Source of the DNA: Moniliella sp. 'wahieum'
Lineage: Eukaryota
DNA: 64,000 nucleotides
Direction: 5' to 3'
Assembly: GCA_003971905.1 (NCBI GenBank)
Contig: RSEE01000022.1
Location: 620,001-684,000 of the forward strand
The notes under the pieces: model-generated
Database searches by the model: none
What the model was told of the DNA's origin: nothing
What the model saw: only the letters and a program-made list of their open reading frames with translations
Made by a program: the position numbers and the translations under genes
In this document: in pieces, positions 1 through 13,198 of the stretch
Layout: each line of letters begins with the position of its first letter
Numbering within the stretch: the first letter of the stretch is position 1

Positions 1-531
1 GTTCCACTTTCTCCTCCACTTCCGCGCTCTGGCTCTGCCATATACCCCTTGTCCCTCTCACCATCTAGTCACATAGATGCCGTAGCTCAAATCATCTCCT
101 TCTGTCCAATTGTCCCGCCGACACCCATCACGGAGATGCTTTCTACGTACATTATTATAAGTTGTGATGAGAAGAGTGGCCCTCTGCTTCGCGCGACGTT
201 AGGCAGAACAATTCCATTCACCTTCATGAGATACAAGAGAACTCAAGTGGGTGGTGATGCAGGATATGCGATGCACCAACAGGATGCTATTGGCGTACAG
301 AACAAGGCCAGAGGGCATCCAGGCCGAACAGGGCAATAAAAAAGGACACGTCGCAGGTTCATGATGACGAGAATGTGAGAGGGCACAACAGTGAGAGTGA
401 TGAGAACGATGAGGAAAAGAAGGTCCGAACAGGGGGTGGGGGGGAGGACCCGTAAGCGGGCAGGGGAGGGCAATGAATAGGACAGAACAAAGGGCAACAA
501 AACGAATTTTTGACAACCCCATCCATCATGT

Positions 532-1632
532 CTAAACCATGGTGGAAGGGGGCGTAGAAGGAGAGGACGAGACCAAGTCCGTTTTGGAAGGCGCTTGGTC
601 TGCTCGGTCCCAAGGGAAGGCATGCGGCGGCGCGGTAAATGGATTGGGGCGGACCCATCCCGAAGACGAAACCGGTGGGGTCGGCATATCTCCCAATGTC
701 TCCACGGTCTCCTGCTCCTCCTCCTCGTCATCAAACGGCGACTCGGAAATAATGGGGGCGTGGTGGGTGGGCCCGGAAGCGAGTCGGTATGCATTTGCAA
801 TTCGGCAATGTTGATCGAGTGGCTGCGCTCCTTCTTGGGAACGGGTGAATGCTTCTGTTCCTCAGCCTCTTCGGCAGGCTTGGTACCGAGACCCTTGACT
901 GGCTCCTTGCGCAGCCGCTTAAACATCTTTTTCACCCCCTTTTGCATCACCTCCCCAAGTCCACCACATCGTCCCTTGGATAAAGTGGAACAGGCCCAGC
1001 GGCAGAGGCTTGGTCACCGGACCAGGCTGCTGCCTGCTGCTGCTGCTGTAGCTGCTCGGCCCCTGCTTGCGAAGCCAGCAATTGGGCGCGAGACGTCACA
1101 CCAATCGAGATAGACTGGGAACGAGTCGTCCGACGGCCGGTACTGGGCAAGGGGCAGAAGCGAAGAGAGGAGGAAGTGGATCTCCGTTCACGTTCGCCTT
1201 TCTCGGACGAACCGGCCTGGGTGGGATGGGAGGGCGACGATGCAGCGGTGGAGTGGGTAGAGTGGGTGGAGGTGGTTTGGACCGACGCTCGGGTGGACAC
1301 GTCGCTCTGGTCCGATACGGCCGAGCCGCGATGCGTCTCGGTCGGGGACACTGGGGTAGGGATCCAGCCATCTCCAAACGAGGCATTGGGGCCGCGTGGG
1401 TCGACGGAGAGCACCTCGGGACCACGGATGGTGAGTGGGCCGGGGGTGTTATCCGGGCGGCGGCGGTAGGACTTGCCGAGGGGGTGTTTGTTTTTCTTGG
1501 CGAGCGATCCAGGGGGCTTGGGGACGAGGAAGGCGTCTTTGAAGCGGTTGGGCTTGCGCGTGTCGCTCGGTGGGCGCAGCAGCAAGCGGGGTCAAGGATG
1601 CTCTTGAGCGCGGGCTGGGAAACGGTGGACAT
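532..1632 (-). CDS. Hypothetical Ser/Pro-rich protein (frameshifted)
   Basis: ATG at 1632 (MSTVSQPALKSILDP) joins across frameshifts to the protein-like ORFs 947..1585 and 243..950 (polyQ, KGVKKMFKRLRKE, acidic run). Plausible TAG at 532-534. No recognisable domain. Confidence 0.5.
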
Positions 1633-4283
1633 GGCGGGGCGGGAGGTGGAGGAGCAGGAGCAAGAGGGAGGGAGAGGATGAAGGAGAGAAGGTATGGAGG
1701 TAGTGGTCGTGGTCTGCCTGCTGAGTGCACCGCACTGAGTGTATTGTCGATGGGGTTTGCGAGTCTGGCCACGCTCCCCAACCTGGGACCCACGGCAAGG
1801 GGCGGCAGGGGCAGCAGGGGGCGAGTGTGGCCGCACGCGCAGCGGGCTTAAAGCCCCGCGCAGCTTAAGCCGCAGCCCCGCATTTTTTTTTCGGGAGCAG
1901 CGCACTTGCCTGCCGCACTGCGCCCCAGCAGCGCTGCCCTCGCTGCCGCTGCCGCTGCGCATGACATCAACGCACACCCGCTTACATACGCAACGCTCCA
2001 CGTCACGCCGCCGCCCCCCATTGGCCCATTGTGTGTGCTAGCATGCTTACGTGTACAGATACCCCCCATCAGGTGCATCAGGCCCAAGGCTCAGACAGTG
2101 TCGGCCGCCTGGGGAAATCCTTGCTCCTTCCACACTATACTCGCTGCATCAATCAGTCGTCAGGCTGTGAGGCCTGGCCGCTTCCAGCCCCCCACGCGTT
2201 ACATTCCCCAATCCCCCAACGCCGCTTACGGGGAAGAATGGGTGCCGCGAGCTTGCTGGGGGCCGCACGGGCGACCCACGATGCATCTCCAGCAGACCTC
2301 TTCTCTCTGCCTGTTGGGGTGTCATAGGTGGCTTGTGCAAGCATCTTTATGCGGTGGTGTGGGTAGACAGTGAGGGTGCTGTCTATGGCCCTTTTCGGGT
2401 GCCCCCAATCCTTCGTTGAGTGGTCCCCCTTGATTGATGATCGATCATCTCTCCACACTCCGGATATTTGGCCTCCTCATGCGGCGCCTGTCGGTATCAC
2501 CATCCTCTGTTCTTGCAAACAACCCGATCGAGGGGGGTTAAGGTAATCGTCGGCCTCGGTGGCCGCCGCACAAACGTTGGGGGCGCAATCAACGAATGAG
2601 AGGAAAGTGTGTGGAGCCGCATCATATTCTGGCCGGAGAAGTATACGCAGATGAGACGTTTTCAAGGGGACCTGCGAGCCATCCTATTTCCCCGGCAGCG
2701 AATCTGGTGGAGCTTGGCAGAAGGGAAGGCGACAGTGTGCGCTGCGCCCAGCTCGAGGTTCTCTTCAAGCTAATACAGCAGGGTAATACGTCGGAAGTAG
2801 GCTGCATATGATCGCGCACCCCGGAAGGTGGTACCGAGGGAACCGCCAAAGCTTGTGGAAGGCCGGGAGAAAAAAATGAGGTGCTTCGACCGCTGCAGAA
2901 GGCGGACTGTGACAAGAAAGCCAAGTGCCAGGGACACGCTCCAGCGCCATTCCTCCCCCTGCAATGTGCTTGACGACGCGTGGGTACTAAATGCCACCAA
3001 GACGGCCAATAAATGATGTTTGAGTACTGGAAACGCCTTGAGGAGAGGGGTCACATTGGAGACAATGGCGCATCGCTCATATGTCTATACCACATAGGCT
3101 TCATCGTATCTAGTCGCGCTATACATCCGGTTTGGAAGCAAATGACGCGCGCCAGAGGGTCCCGGCCTGCTGGCGATTCCACTGATCTCTTAATTAGATT
3201 GGCATGAGCACTCTGAAGCAGTACAGGCCGGGTGATCGAGCTTGCCAGTCGATAGAGAATCGGCGTTTCTATGTCATGATCTCAATACAACAACAGTGAG
3301 GGAGGTGGAGGGTGGGGGCGCTTTCTCTTTTTGTACAGTACACCCCGGTCTTGCAGCGCCCTGGAGGTTTTGGGGATAATATCCTACGTATCCACAGTCA
3401 GCATCTCTCCTCTCGGTTTCTCGTCCAAAAGTGGAGTTGTAATCCAATACGTCTCCCAGCTACCAATGCCGATACTATGACTCAGAAAATCTCGGTGTGC
3501 AACCTGCCTGAAATCGGCCGCACTGCAATACGGAGGGAACCGCGACGAGGCGTTTGCAGGCGCCGCTGCCTTGCCCGGCAAGTGATGGAGATGCCGGGGG
3601 GAAAAGCGGGGTTTGAAAAAAACGTTATGTGAAAGAATAAATCGAAAGACGATACGTGGGGCCCCACACCATGCACCGTGCTTAATAACGTTTTCTATAA
3701 ATGTGTTGAGAGAGCGGTTATACTTTCGCGAGACCGCCGCTGGGGTGCTGGGCATGTTGGCACATACGTGGTGGGAAGCAACGGGATCGAGGGACAGTGG
3801 TGATGATGCAATGACAATGATGTTAATGATGCACCGGCACTCTCGATGGCGTCGGGCGTGAGAAAAAACCAGGTGGAATGCAAAGAGGTGGCTTGGTGGG
3901 GCAGGCGTGTGACCACATTTCTTTTTTGGGCACGATTAATTGATTAAGAGGGACAGTAATCGATGGACAAGGCATGGAGACATACGAGAGCCAACGCGCA
4001 GCGCAGATGTGACACACCACGAGCGCGTGCTACGATCGGCTCGTGTTCGGTATAGTGGTTGCGTGGCTCCGCGGCGGCCACAGGAGCTTTGCGCCTTAGG
4101 AAAAAGGCCGCCTGAGCTGAGCGCCTGGCCGCGCTCTGCCCGCCCGCCGGACTCAGCGCGTGGTGTGCTGAGTGCTGGCTGAGCGTTGAGTGGACGTGGT
4201 GTGAAAGGAAGGGGTGAGAAACAAGCGAGAGGGCCGTGGGAAGCAACACCAAGACAGGCGCGCCTTTGGTTGGGTGGAGCTGC

Positions 4284-4659
4284 TTTTGCGGGGGGGCGAG
4301 ATAACGGCGGCAGGCGCACTGGGCCAGTGTGTGGGGCATGTTGGAGCCCCTTTTTAGGCTCCTGGGGCGGCACGCGCCAGTGTGCCCGCCAAGGGCGGTG
4401 CGAAAGTGGCGCCGTGCAGCGGCAGAAGCAAACGTGGCACGCGTCAGCAGGGGTCCGCCTGGCCAGCGACTGGCGCCGTGCCGCATCTGCTGCGCGTCTG
4501 CTGCGCCGCCCCCGCTCGCGCCGAGGTACGCTCTGCCCGCTTGGGCCCGCGCTCGGCCACTGGGCCAGTGTGCCCAGCGCACGGGCCCAGCACCACCCCG
4601 CCAAAAAAATAAGCGGGCAGCCGATTGCCTTTTCGCTCCTCTCTTCCCCCCGCTTATTG
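4284..4659. promoter_or_regulatory. Cluster of CreA/Mig1-like GCGGGG boxes with AT-rich flank upstream of pyruvate carboxylase
   Basis: TTTTGCGGGG at 4284-4293 (+); TTTTTGGCGGGG at ~4597-4608 (-); AATAAGCGGGG at ~4648-4658 (-). Similar sites at 1876-1887 and 3602-3611. Motif match only. Confidence 0.3.
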
Positions 4660-4733
4660 TGTGGCCTTCTCTCCTTTTTCTCGTTCCCCCCCCCCCCCAA
4701 CACCACCCCGATCTGACCAGCACAGAACGGACG

Positions 4734-7700
4734 ATGGCAGAACACAACCCGTCGTCGTCGACCCCTTCGTCAGCGTGCCCGCCACGCCAGCGTTCTCACC
4801 GGACATGCCATTCCACCCTTGCAAAAATCCGCCAGAACATGGGCGGCGCTGACGATGGCGAGCCCTGCGCAAGCTCATGGTCCCAATCGCGGCGAGATTG
4901 CTATCCGCGTCTTTCGCACTGCTCACGAGTTCGCCATGTCCACAGTCGCCATCCTCAACGAAGACCGCATGTCAGCCCACCGCTGGAAGGCCGACGAGGC
5001 ATACCAGTCGGGCAGGCCTCTCGGCTGTTGGTGCCTACCTGGCATCGATGATATTATCCGCATTGCTCTGGACCATGGGGTTGACATGATCCAGTATGTT
5101 TCCTTTTTTCCTTCCTTGATCGACGTGGTGAGTGTGGCTAACTTCCATCCCCTCTCAGCCCGGGCTACGGTTTCCTGTCGAGAACGCCGAGTTTGCACGT
5201 AAAGTCGAGGCTGCCGGAATTGCTTTCATTGTCCGCGTCCTGAGACGATCGATGGATTGGGCGACAAGGTCAAGGCTCGTGACCTGGCCCGCCGGGCGGG
5301 GGTGTCGATTGTGCCGGGCCCCTGGCCCGATTGAGAGCTACGAAGAGGCCAAGATTTCATCAAAGAGGCCGTTTCCCTGTCATTATCAAGGCTGCCATGG
5401 GCGGGTGGTGCCGCGGCATGCGTGTTGTTCGCAGTGCCGATGAATTTGAGCAAGCCTTTCGATGGCCAAGTCGGAAGCCAAGTCGGCCTTTGGTGACCCA
5501 ACTGTTTCATTGAGCGCTTCCTTGACCACCCCCGCCACATTGAGGTTCAGCTCCTGGCTGATGGCGAGGGCAATGTGGTTCACCTGTACGAGCGTGACTG
5601 CTCATGCAGCGCCGGCATCAAAAGGTGGTTGAGGTCGCTCCGGCCTCCAACTTGCATGAGAAGGTGCGCCAGGCCATCTTGAATGATGCGGTTAAGCTGG
5701 CCAAGACGCGGGCTACCGCAACGCCGGCACTGCCGAGTTCCTTGTTGACCAGCAGAACGCCACTACTTTATCGAATCAACCCACGGCTCCAAGTCGAGCA
5801 CCCATTACCGAGAGATCACGGGCTTGACATTGTCGGGGCTCAGATTCAATCGCAGCAGGTGCGACACTGGACGACCTGGGACTGACCCAGCAGACAATTC
5901 AGAAGCGTGGTTCGGCCATTCAATGTCGTATCACCACGGAGGACCCGACTCAGAACTTCCAACTGACACCGGCAAAATTGAGGTCTATCGCTCGGCTGGC
6001 GGGAACGGTGTCCGTCTTGATGCCTCCAGTGGGTTTGCCGGTGCGCAGATTACCCCCCACTATGACTCGCTCTTGGTCAAGTCACCTGCCGTGGAGCGAC
6101 GTACGAAGTGACAAGGCGCAAGATGCTTCGTGCGCTGGTCGAATTCCGTATCCGGGGAGTCAAGACCAACATCCCTTTCCTTGTCCGCCTCATCACGCAC
6201 GACTCCTTTGCCTCGGCCAACACTTGGACTACAATGATCGATGACACCCCGAGCTGTTCAACCTGGTCCAGAGCCAGAACCGAGCCCAAAGCTCCTCGCT
6301 TACCTGGGCGATATGGCGGTCAACGGTACTTCAATTCAAGGTCAGATGGGCGAGCCAGGGCTTAAGACGGAGGTGGAGATCCCCCCTTGACCAACCCAGA
6401 TGACCCGACGAAAACAATTGACACGGCGGTGCCGTGCGGAGGGATGGCGCTCCATCCTTCTCCATGAGGGTCCTGAGGCATTTGCCAAGGCAGTGCGAGC
6501 CTACAAGGGCACTCTGATTATGGATACGACGTGCGTGATGCACACCAGTCTCTCCTGGCCACACGTCTGCGTACGATGAGATGACCAACATTGCCAAGAC
6601 CACCTCGTACGCGTTGAAGAACGCGTTTTCCCTCGAGTGCTGGGGCGGGGCTACGTTCGATGTTGCCATGCGTTTCTTGTATGAGGACCCGTGGGCGCTT
6701 GCGCAAACTGCGCAAGCTTGTTCCCAACATTCCCTTCCAGGCACTTATCCGTGGCGCCAACGCCGTCGGTTATACGTCGTACCCGGACACCTGATCTACG
6801 AGTTTAGCAAGAAGGCGGTTGAGAACGGTTGGACATCTTCCTGTCTTTGACTCGCTCAACGACCTAGGCAGTTTGCGCTTGGGCATTGATGCAGCTAAGA
6901 AGGCGGGTGGAGTGGCGGAAGGTACGGTGTGCTACACGGGCGACGTGGCCAACCCAAAAGCCCCCCCAAGTATACGCTCGACTACTACATGCACCTCGTC
7001 GACGAATTGGTCAAGACGGGCATTCACATTCTCGGTGTCAAGGATATGGCTGGTCTGCTGAAGCCGGCGGCGGCCCGTCTGCTGATCGGCACCATCCGCA
7101 AAAAGTACCCCGACTTGCCCATCATGTGCACTCGCACGACACCCGCGGGGATTGCACTAAGCTCCATGCTGGCTGCTGCTGAGGCTGGAGCCGATGTGGT
7201 GGATGTTGCGATCGATTCCATGTCGGGTCTTACATCACAGCCTTCGATGGGTGCTTTGGTCGCCGCTCTGGAACAGACGGGTCTTGGACCTGGGATTCGC
7301 CATGGGACATTATGGCGCTCAACCTCTACTGGACCTCGGTGCGCCAACTGTACCAGTGCTTTGAGCAAGAGGTCAAGGCATCGGACTCGTCCGTGTTTGA
7401 CCACGAGATGCCTGTGGGCAATACACCAATCTCATGTTCCAGTCCATGTCCCTCGGCTTGGGAAGTCAGTGGAGTGAAATCAAGAAGGCCTACATTGTAG
7501 CTAACAAGCTCTGTGGCGACATTGTCAAGTTACTCCATCCTCCAAAGTCGTCGGTGACTTTGCTCAGTTCCTTTGCCAACAAGTTGACCAAAGCCGAGGT
7601 GGAAGCGCGTGCCGACAAGCTTGATTCCCAAGCTCAGTCATTGAATATTTCCAAGGCTACCTCGGCACCCCACCGGGCGGGTTCCCTGAGCCGTTGCGGA

Positions 7701-8346
7701 CCAATCTTGCGCGGCAAGCCCAAGATCCAAGGGCGCCCTGGCGCAACGATGGCGCCTGTGGACCTACGCCAGATCAAGAAGGACTTGACAAAGAAGTACG
7801 GCAAGACGATCACCACGGCAGATGCGATCAGCTACGCCATGTACCCCAAGGTTTTGAGGAGTTCCATGCCTTTTGGACAAGTATGGGGACCTGTCCCACC
7901 TTCCGACTCGCTACTCCTTAGCAAGGCCCCCGTCGGCGAGGAGATTCACGCCTACATTGACCGTGGCAAGTTGCTCATCATCAAGCTTTGGCGGTGGGAG
8001 CCGTCAATGCAGACAAGGGCACGCGCGAAGTGTTCTTTGAGCTAAACGCCGAGCCCCGCTCCATCATTGTCGAGGACAAGAGCGCAGCCGTGGAGACCGT
8101 GCACCGTGAGCGGGCGCGTGCGGGCGAGGCAGGTGAGGTGGGATCCCCGTTGGCTGCGGTGGTGGTGGAAGTGCGAGCGCAGGAGGGCCACCAGGTCAAG
8201 GCAGGCGACCCCCTGGCGGTGCTGAGCGCGATGAAGATGGAAACCGTTGTTTCCTCTCCCGTTTCGGGCAAGGTGAAGCGGATCGTGGTCGAGGCAGCGA
8301 CTCGGTCTCGGCTGGCGACTTGCTGTTTGTTGTGGGCCACGAATAG
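4734..8346 (+). CDS. PYC: Pyruvate carboxylase
   Basis: Biotin carboxylase motifs [21 protein letters not shown] (after splicing 5094-5158), [18 protein letters not shown]. Carboxyltransferase motifs [42 protein letters not shown]. Biotinyl motif SAMKMET. TAG at 8344-8346. Many frameshifts. Confidence 0.97.
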
Positions 8347-8398
8347 TTGTTTGTTTGTTGCCCCCTATGATCATGCAGATCATGCACTCGTGGATCAT

Positions 8399-8422
8399 CA
8401 GATCTCAGATCGCAGATCTCAG
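8399..8422. repeat. 7-bp period array (CAGATCT)~3
   Basis: CAGATCT CAGATCG CAGATCT CAG, ~50 bp after the PYC stop; core AGATCT palindrome. Confidence 0.6.
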
Positions 8423-9282
8423 CGTTCGCCCTCGCTACTTCTCCTATGTCCCTCCATCGTCTACCGTCTACATTATCATCTACACGTTGATCCACAAAAA
8501 AGGCGAGAAAGAGTCAGAACTGGCCTCGTTCTAGCCTGCGTTTATGCAGAGTATGTTATAGAGTACGCCTGGTATAGGCGCATTGCAGTGGGGATGCAAC
8601 GTTAGTAGAAACCGTGTCTGTGCAGATCGCCGTAGGCACGGCGGGCGGGCAAAAGGGTAGGATCGGTCCGTTGGTGGAGAGCTACTCAAGACTCAATGCG
8701 TTAGATAGGGCATTAGTATATCATCAGAAGGCGCAGGATTTCTAAAAAGACTCAAGCCAATCGCGCGTTGTTGAATCCTATGCAAAAAATGTCGACCCAC
8801 ACAACTTCATACGCCTTTCCAACCCGTCGTCCCACTACAAGGTTGCGTTCGCTTGTGTTATGGCAGCATTTCGTTATGGCCCACCTCCTCCACTGGTTCT
8901 CGTTGGGATGCTCCTTCGCGCGTACTACGAGATTACCATCAGATTACCTCTTCCACATCCATAGTACCTCGAGCATATCTCGTTCCCGTCCTCCCAGTCG
9001 CGTATTCTCAGGTCGAAGATATGGCAAGGGCACGGAAGAGCCCATGTACAATGGATGGTCTTAGCGGCTCGCTTGCGGCCCAGCTTCACCAACGGTGGAT
9101 TCGCCACTACAAAGACAAGTGCGTCAGACTATCAGGATGCAGTAAATCCATACCTATGCGACGGGACGGTGGAGCCTAGAGCGGGGGAGGAGGGAGATGA
9201 GAGATATATAGTCGGGCCAAGGGGAGGATCCACGTGAGCGACCAGTGGCCACCGACCAAGGTGCCAAGCGGGGCGGTACCCA

Positions 9283-11780
9283 TCAGGCCAAGTACTATGG
9301 TACAAGTCCTTCTGACCCTCGAGCGCTCAAGGTACTCCTTGTCAATCAACACGTCGATGGCTTTCTTGATGTCGGGAACGGCCGGCTTGAAGCGGGTGAG
9401 AATCTGTTCAATGACCGCAGAGATCAACAGGTTATGCTTGAGTTGTTTGCGTGCTTTCATGATGCGCACAATCGCGGCTTGGATCTTGATTTCGCGCTCC
9501 TGCTGCACACTCTGCAGCACTTCGTTGCTCTCTTGTTTTGCTGCGCTCCGTCTTGATCGGTACGTTAGGTTGAACTTGAGCTCTTCTTCGATTGAATGCG
9601 CGGTTGATCTTGAACTTCTTGCCTCCGTCCATCGGAAGCACCACCTTGCCTTACTCAAGAGAGTCAAGTTGGGCTTCAGCAACTCATCGGAAATGTCGGT
9701 CGCGGAACGGATCTCGTGTACGTCAGAGTCGCGTCGGGTGCCTCGTTGAACGCCATCAAAATGGCCGCCTGCCAGGCCGAAGTCATGAGAGTGTACTCTT
9801 GATCGAAGACACTTAGCCGTCAGCTCGGCCCGGGACATGTTCCACAGATAATCCAACTTGCGTCCTTGAAAGCGCTTTTCGTGTAAAACGTATTGAACTG
9901 GTTGATGTACCGCTGCAGGCTCTTGGGTGGAATAAAGCCAGAGTTGGATTTGGTCAGGGGCCAGTGCACACTGCTCACACCATCGCACTAAAGTCCATCT
10001 TGGGCTTGGGCACACCCAACTCGACCGAGTATTCAGTAAAGCTATTGTTGAGCTCTTTGCTGAGATTGACGTCTTGGAACATGCGCTGCAGTGCACTCGT
10101 GTACTCAAACCCACAGGCCTCCTTAAGCTTGGTAATCATGTACAACTCGGCATCGTCTGTTGACGTCTGCTGCACTAGCCGGCAGCGAGGTGCTTCGAAT
10201 AGAACTTCTGGAACACGTCCTTGTCGGTCAGGTACTTGAATGACCATCACATCGTCAAATCTTGTCGAGGCGGCCCTCTTGGTGGCCTTGCGCCCTTGTT
10301 GAGGAGCCGGTGGGTGTGTTGGGCGACTAGAGCAGGGACTTGGACAGACTCGTGCCGGTGACCGCGTTGGAGTTGACAAAGCTGGAGCATGCTTTATCCA
10401 AGGCGCATGCATCTTGGCCTCGTTGGCAAAGCACTCTTTGACGATACTGACACATGAATCGTGGACATCAAGGATAGCCTTGAAGTAAACATCAGCATCG
10501 ACCTCGCCACCCTTGGCGAGACCTTCGGTTGCTTCAAGCCCCTTGTTCTTGACAAAGTGTTCAAACTTGACCCGGAAGTTGGGGAGGAGATGGACCACGT
10601 TGCAGAGCAACCGGTACATCCGCGTCAGATCGTCCTTTTGATCACGGCGAAGAAGGTCATCAAAGATGCCATCAAAGGCGCCAACTTGGTCTGCCAGCAA
10701 GGCTTGGTAGCAGTTGGATTGCAATCTATACTCAGTCGTGGCATGGAGGTAGCGTTGCACCCGCTCCTCCTCCTCCCGCAGACGCACTTCAACCTTCTTC
10801 ATGTAGTCCGTTACCCCATTCTTGGCGATGTACTCGGCCGACTCGGCCTGGTAAAAGCGCGTTGTCTCCTCAAGGAAGTACTCTTCAAAGCCCTTGCTGT
10901 ACACAATCAGATCAGGTGGTCGCGCTTCGTCCTGGGTTACGCCGAGCGTGACAAAGCTGCTGATGACCGTCTTCAGCATGCTCGTGTCGACAATCTCGCC
11001 GTTGCGCTGCCGTTCCACTTGACGTAGGAGGGCATTGGTGAGCTTCAACTTGTCGTGCTGCTGCAGTTGGCGGTACATGAACTCCTTCCATTGAATCAAG
11101 GCAACCTGCACGCGTTGGGGGGAGGTGAGTATGTCAGGGACAATATCGAACGTCGAGACTACTAAAGGGGAGAAAAGAGAGGGAAGAAAACATACAACAT
11201 AGATGGTGTGTACATCAAGGCTGCCATTCGCCTTCTGGTACGACACCCAGCGCCGGTTCAGGTAAGAGCAGAGAGGTGGTTGACGTACTTGGCCCCGTCG
11301 GTATACCGCCCCATTGCTTGCGGTAGTACTGCAGCAATTGTTCGTCCTCCAATTCCTCGGCGCCCGCGTAGATCTTCCGTACGCGGTTCTCCAGGTACTC
11401 AACGATCTTGAGATACATTTCCTTCCCGAGCATCTGCACACCCGCCCCGTCCGTACGGTCGCTGGGCCGGGTGGGGGCAAAGCCTACGCCGGTACAGTAG
11501 TTGTAAATTCGGGTGAAGAGATGCGAGTAGTCGTTGTGGCTCACCTCCTCGGTTTGGGAAACCATCTGGACAAAATTGCAGCGTGGTTAGGACAGAGGCG
11601 GTGCGGATCAGCACAGGGACATACCAGACGTTCAATGCCGCTCTCGACAAAGCGCCAGACCTCATCAGGTCTGTGCTCATGCGGATGCGCAGGAGCGCGG
11701 GTCATGGTCAGTAGACGGGGGGGAGGGATGCATGCATGAAGGACATACGAGGCCAAGTTGGAAAGACCGGCCATGGCCAT
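9283..11780 (-). CDS. CUL1: Cullin-1 family SCF ubiquitin-ligase scaffold
   Basis: YSHLFTRIYNYCT, YLNRRWV, RQRNGEIVD, YMKKVEVRLREEEERVQRYLH, MITKLKEACGFEYTSALQRMFQD, neddylation motif IQAAIVRIMKARK, IDVLIDKEYLER. Introns at 11671-11748, 11566-11624 and 11106-11195. TGA at 9283-9285. Confidence 0.9.
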
Positions 11781-12223
11781 GGTGCCAGGGGGTGGGGATG
11801 CGGGTGTGACGTGGGGAGGAGCGGGGCGTGTGGAAGCACGGGGCAGCGAAGAGAACAGCGGAGGGGTGCGTGCGTGCCAAGGCTGGTCGGGAGAGAGCTG
11901 CGGCAGGGGCTGGATGGTGACGGTGGTGGCGGTGGGGGTAGTGGTGGCGGTGGCGGTGGTGGTGGCGATGGGGATGGCGATGGCGTTGCCGACGCACTGA
12001 GGAGCGTCGATGGGGCAGAACGCCGGCGCGGCGCTGGCTGGCGTGGCCCAGCAGCCGGATGACGTAACAGGAGCACTTGGGCACGGCGCCAGTGTCGCTG
12101 TGCCTCCGCAGCGCCGAGCACGCAGCATGCAGCCGCATCACCGGTGGCCACCGCTCCGCAGCGCAGCGCGCCTTCAGCCAGCGTCCCCGCCGACCTCACC
12201 GCCATCCACCGCCCACCGCCGCC

Positions 12224-12667
12224 ATGGCCGACATGTCTGAGGACGACCTCCTGGAGGCGCTGCACCAGCGCATGGTCACACCGGCGCCTGGGATCGCCTC
12301 ATTGAGAAGATGCGCGCTGCTCACCGCCACGTCCTATGAGGATGATCTCGCGGCCTTTGCGCAAGGTACGTGCTCGGCTCTTTCCTTCCTCCCTCCCGCG
12401 TGCTGCGTCTCCACACTCTGCTAACGTTCTTTGACCCATAGGTGAGGCTGAGGCCCAGCCCAGCGTCGATCTCGCGGCGCTCGTGGAGAGGATAACACCC
12501 GAAGCCGTCGGTCCGTAGGCCTCCCGCTCAAGTTGAACTGGAATGGGGATTTTTGGTACTGACACTCGTCTCTCGTCTCTCCAGACTCGGTCCCCGAATC
12601 GATTCGGACGACCATGCAAGCATCCATTATGAAGTTCCTCCAGGACAACCTTGAACTGGAGACGTAA
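12224..12667 (+). CDS. SUS1: Sus1/ENY2 transcription and mRNA export factor (SAGA/TREX-2)
   Basis: Splicing 12366-12441 and 12511-12584 gives ~95 aa: MADMSEDDLLEALHQRMV...LAAFAQGEAEAQPSVDLAALVERITPEAVDSVPESIRTTMQASIMKFLQDNLELET*. This matches the ENY2 pattern (L..R....G...RL / V.L..LV..ITP....VP..I...M...I..FL). Exon 1 has compensating frameshifts. Confidence 0.75.
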
Positions 12668-13198
12668 CCCGAGGTGCGCTACGACCATACGCTTCGTCCT
12701 GGCCCGCCCCGCCCGTCTCGGTCTTGTCAAGTCCAGCATCCCCTAAAAGGGCCAAAAATGTACTTTTACTGCCATCGTAGCGTTTGTTTTGGTGTCCTCC
12801 CGACCGCATGTGCCCGCGCCGGTAACTGGGCTGTTGAGAGGGGCCTGCCAGATGAGATAACCCATGCCTGCTTGGGGTCGTGGGCCGGTGTCTGTCGAGG
12901 CAGGCGCAGGGATGATGCGGCCCATCAAAATGGGGAGGCGACGTGAGATGGTGTGAGGACGAGGGGAACCCATAGTCTTACGCCAGAGCTGCCTCACGCT
13001 GCGTAAAGTCGTGCGCCACTGATCGGGGGAGGGGTACACGTGGGATAGATTCGGCGGGCCGTGCGAGGACTACGCGACTACGCGTCGCAGCGTGACGGGC
13101 GAAACTAAATAAAGACCCACATCGCGCAACCCTGGTTCCAGCTGCGCCACCCTTCGCCAGCCGGCAGCGCCCATCTCCCAATTACCACCACCACTCCC

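Noticed and set aside
163..420. RTGATGA motifs as C/D snoRNA C boxes
   Set aside because: No suitably placed CTGA D box or terminal stem seen.
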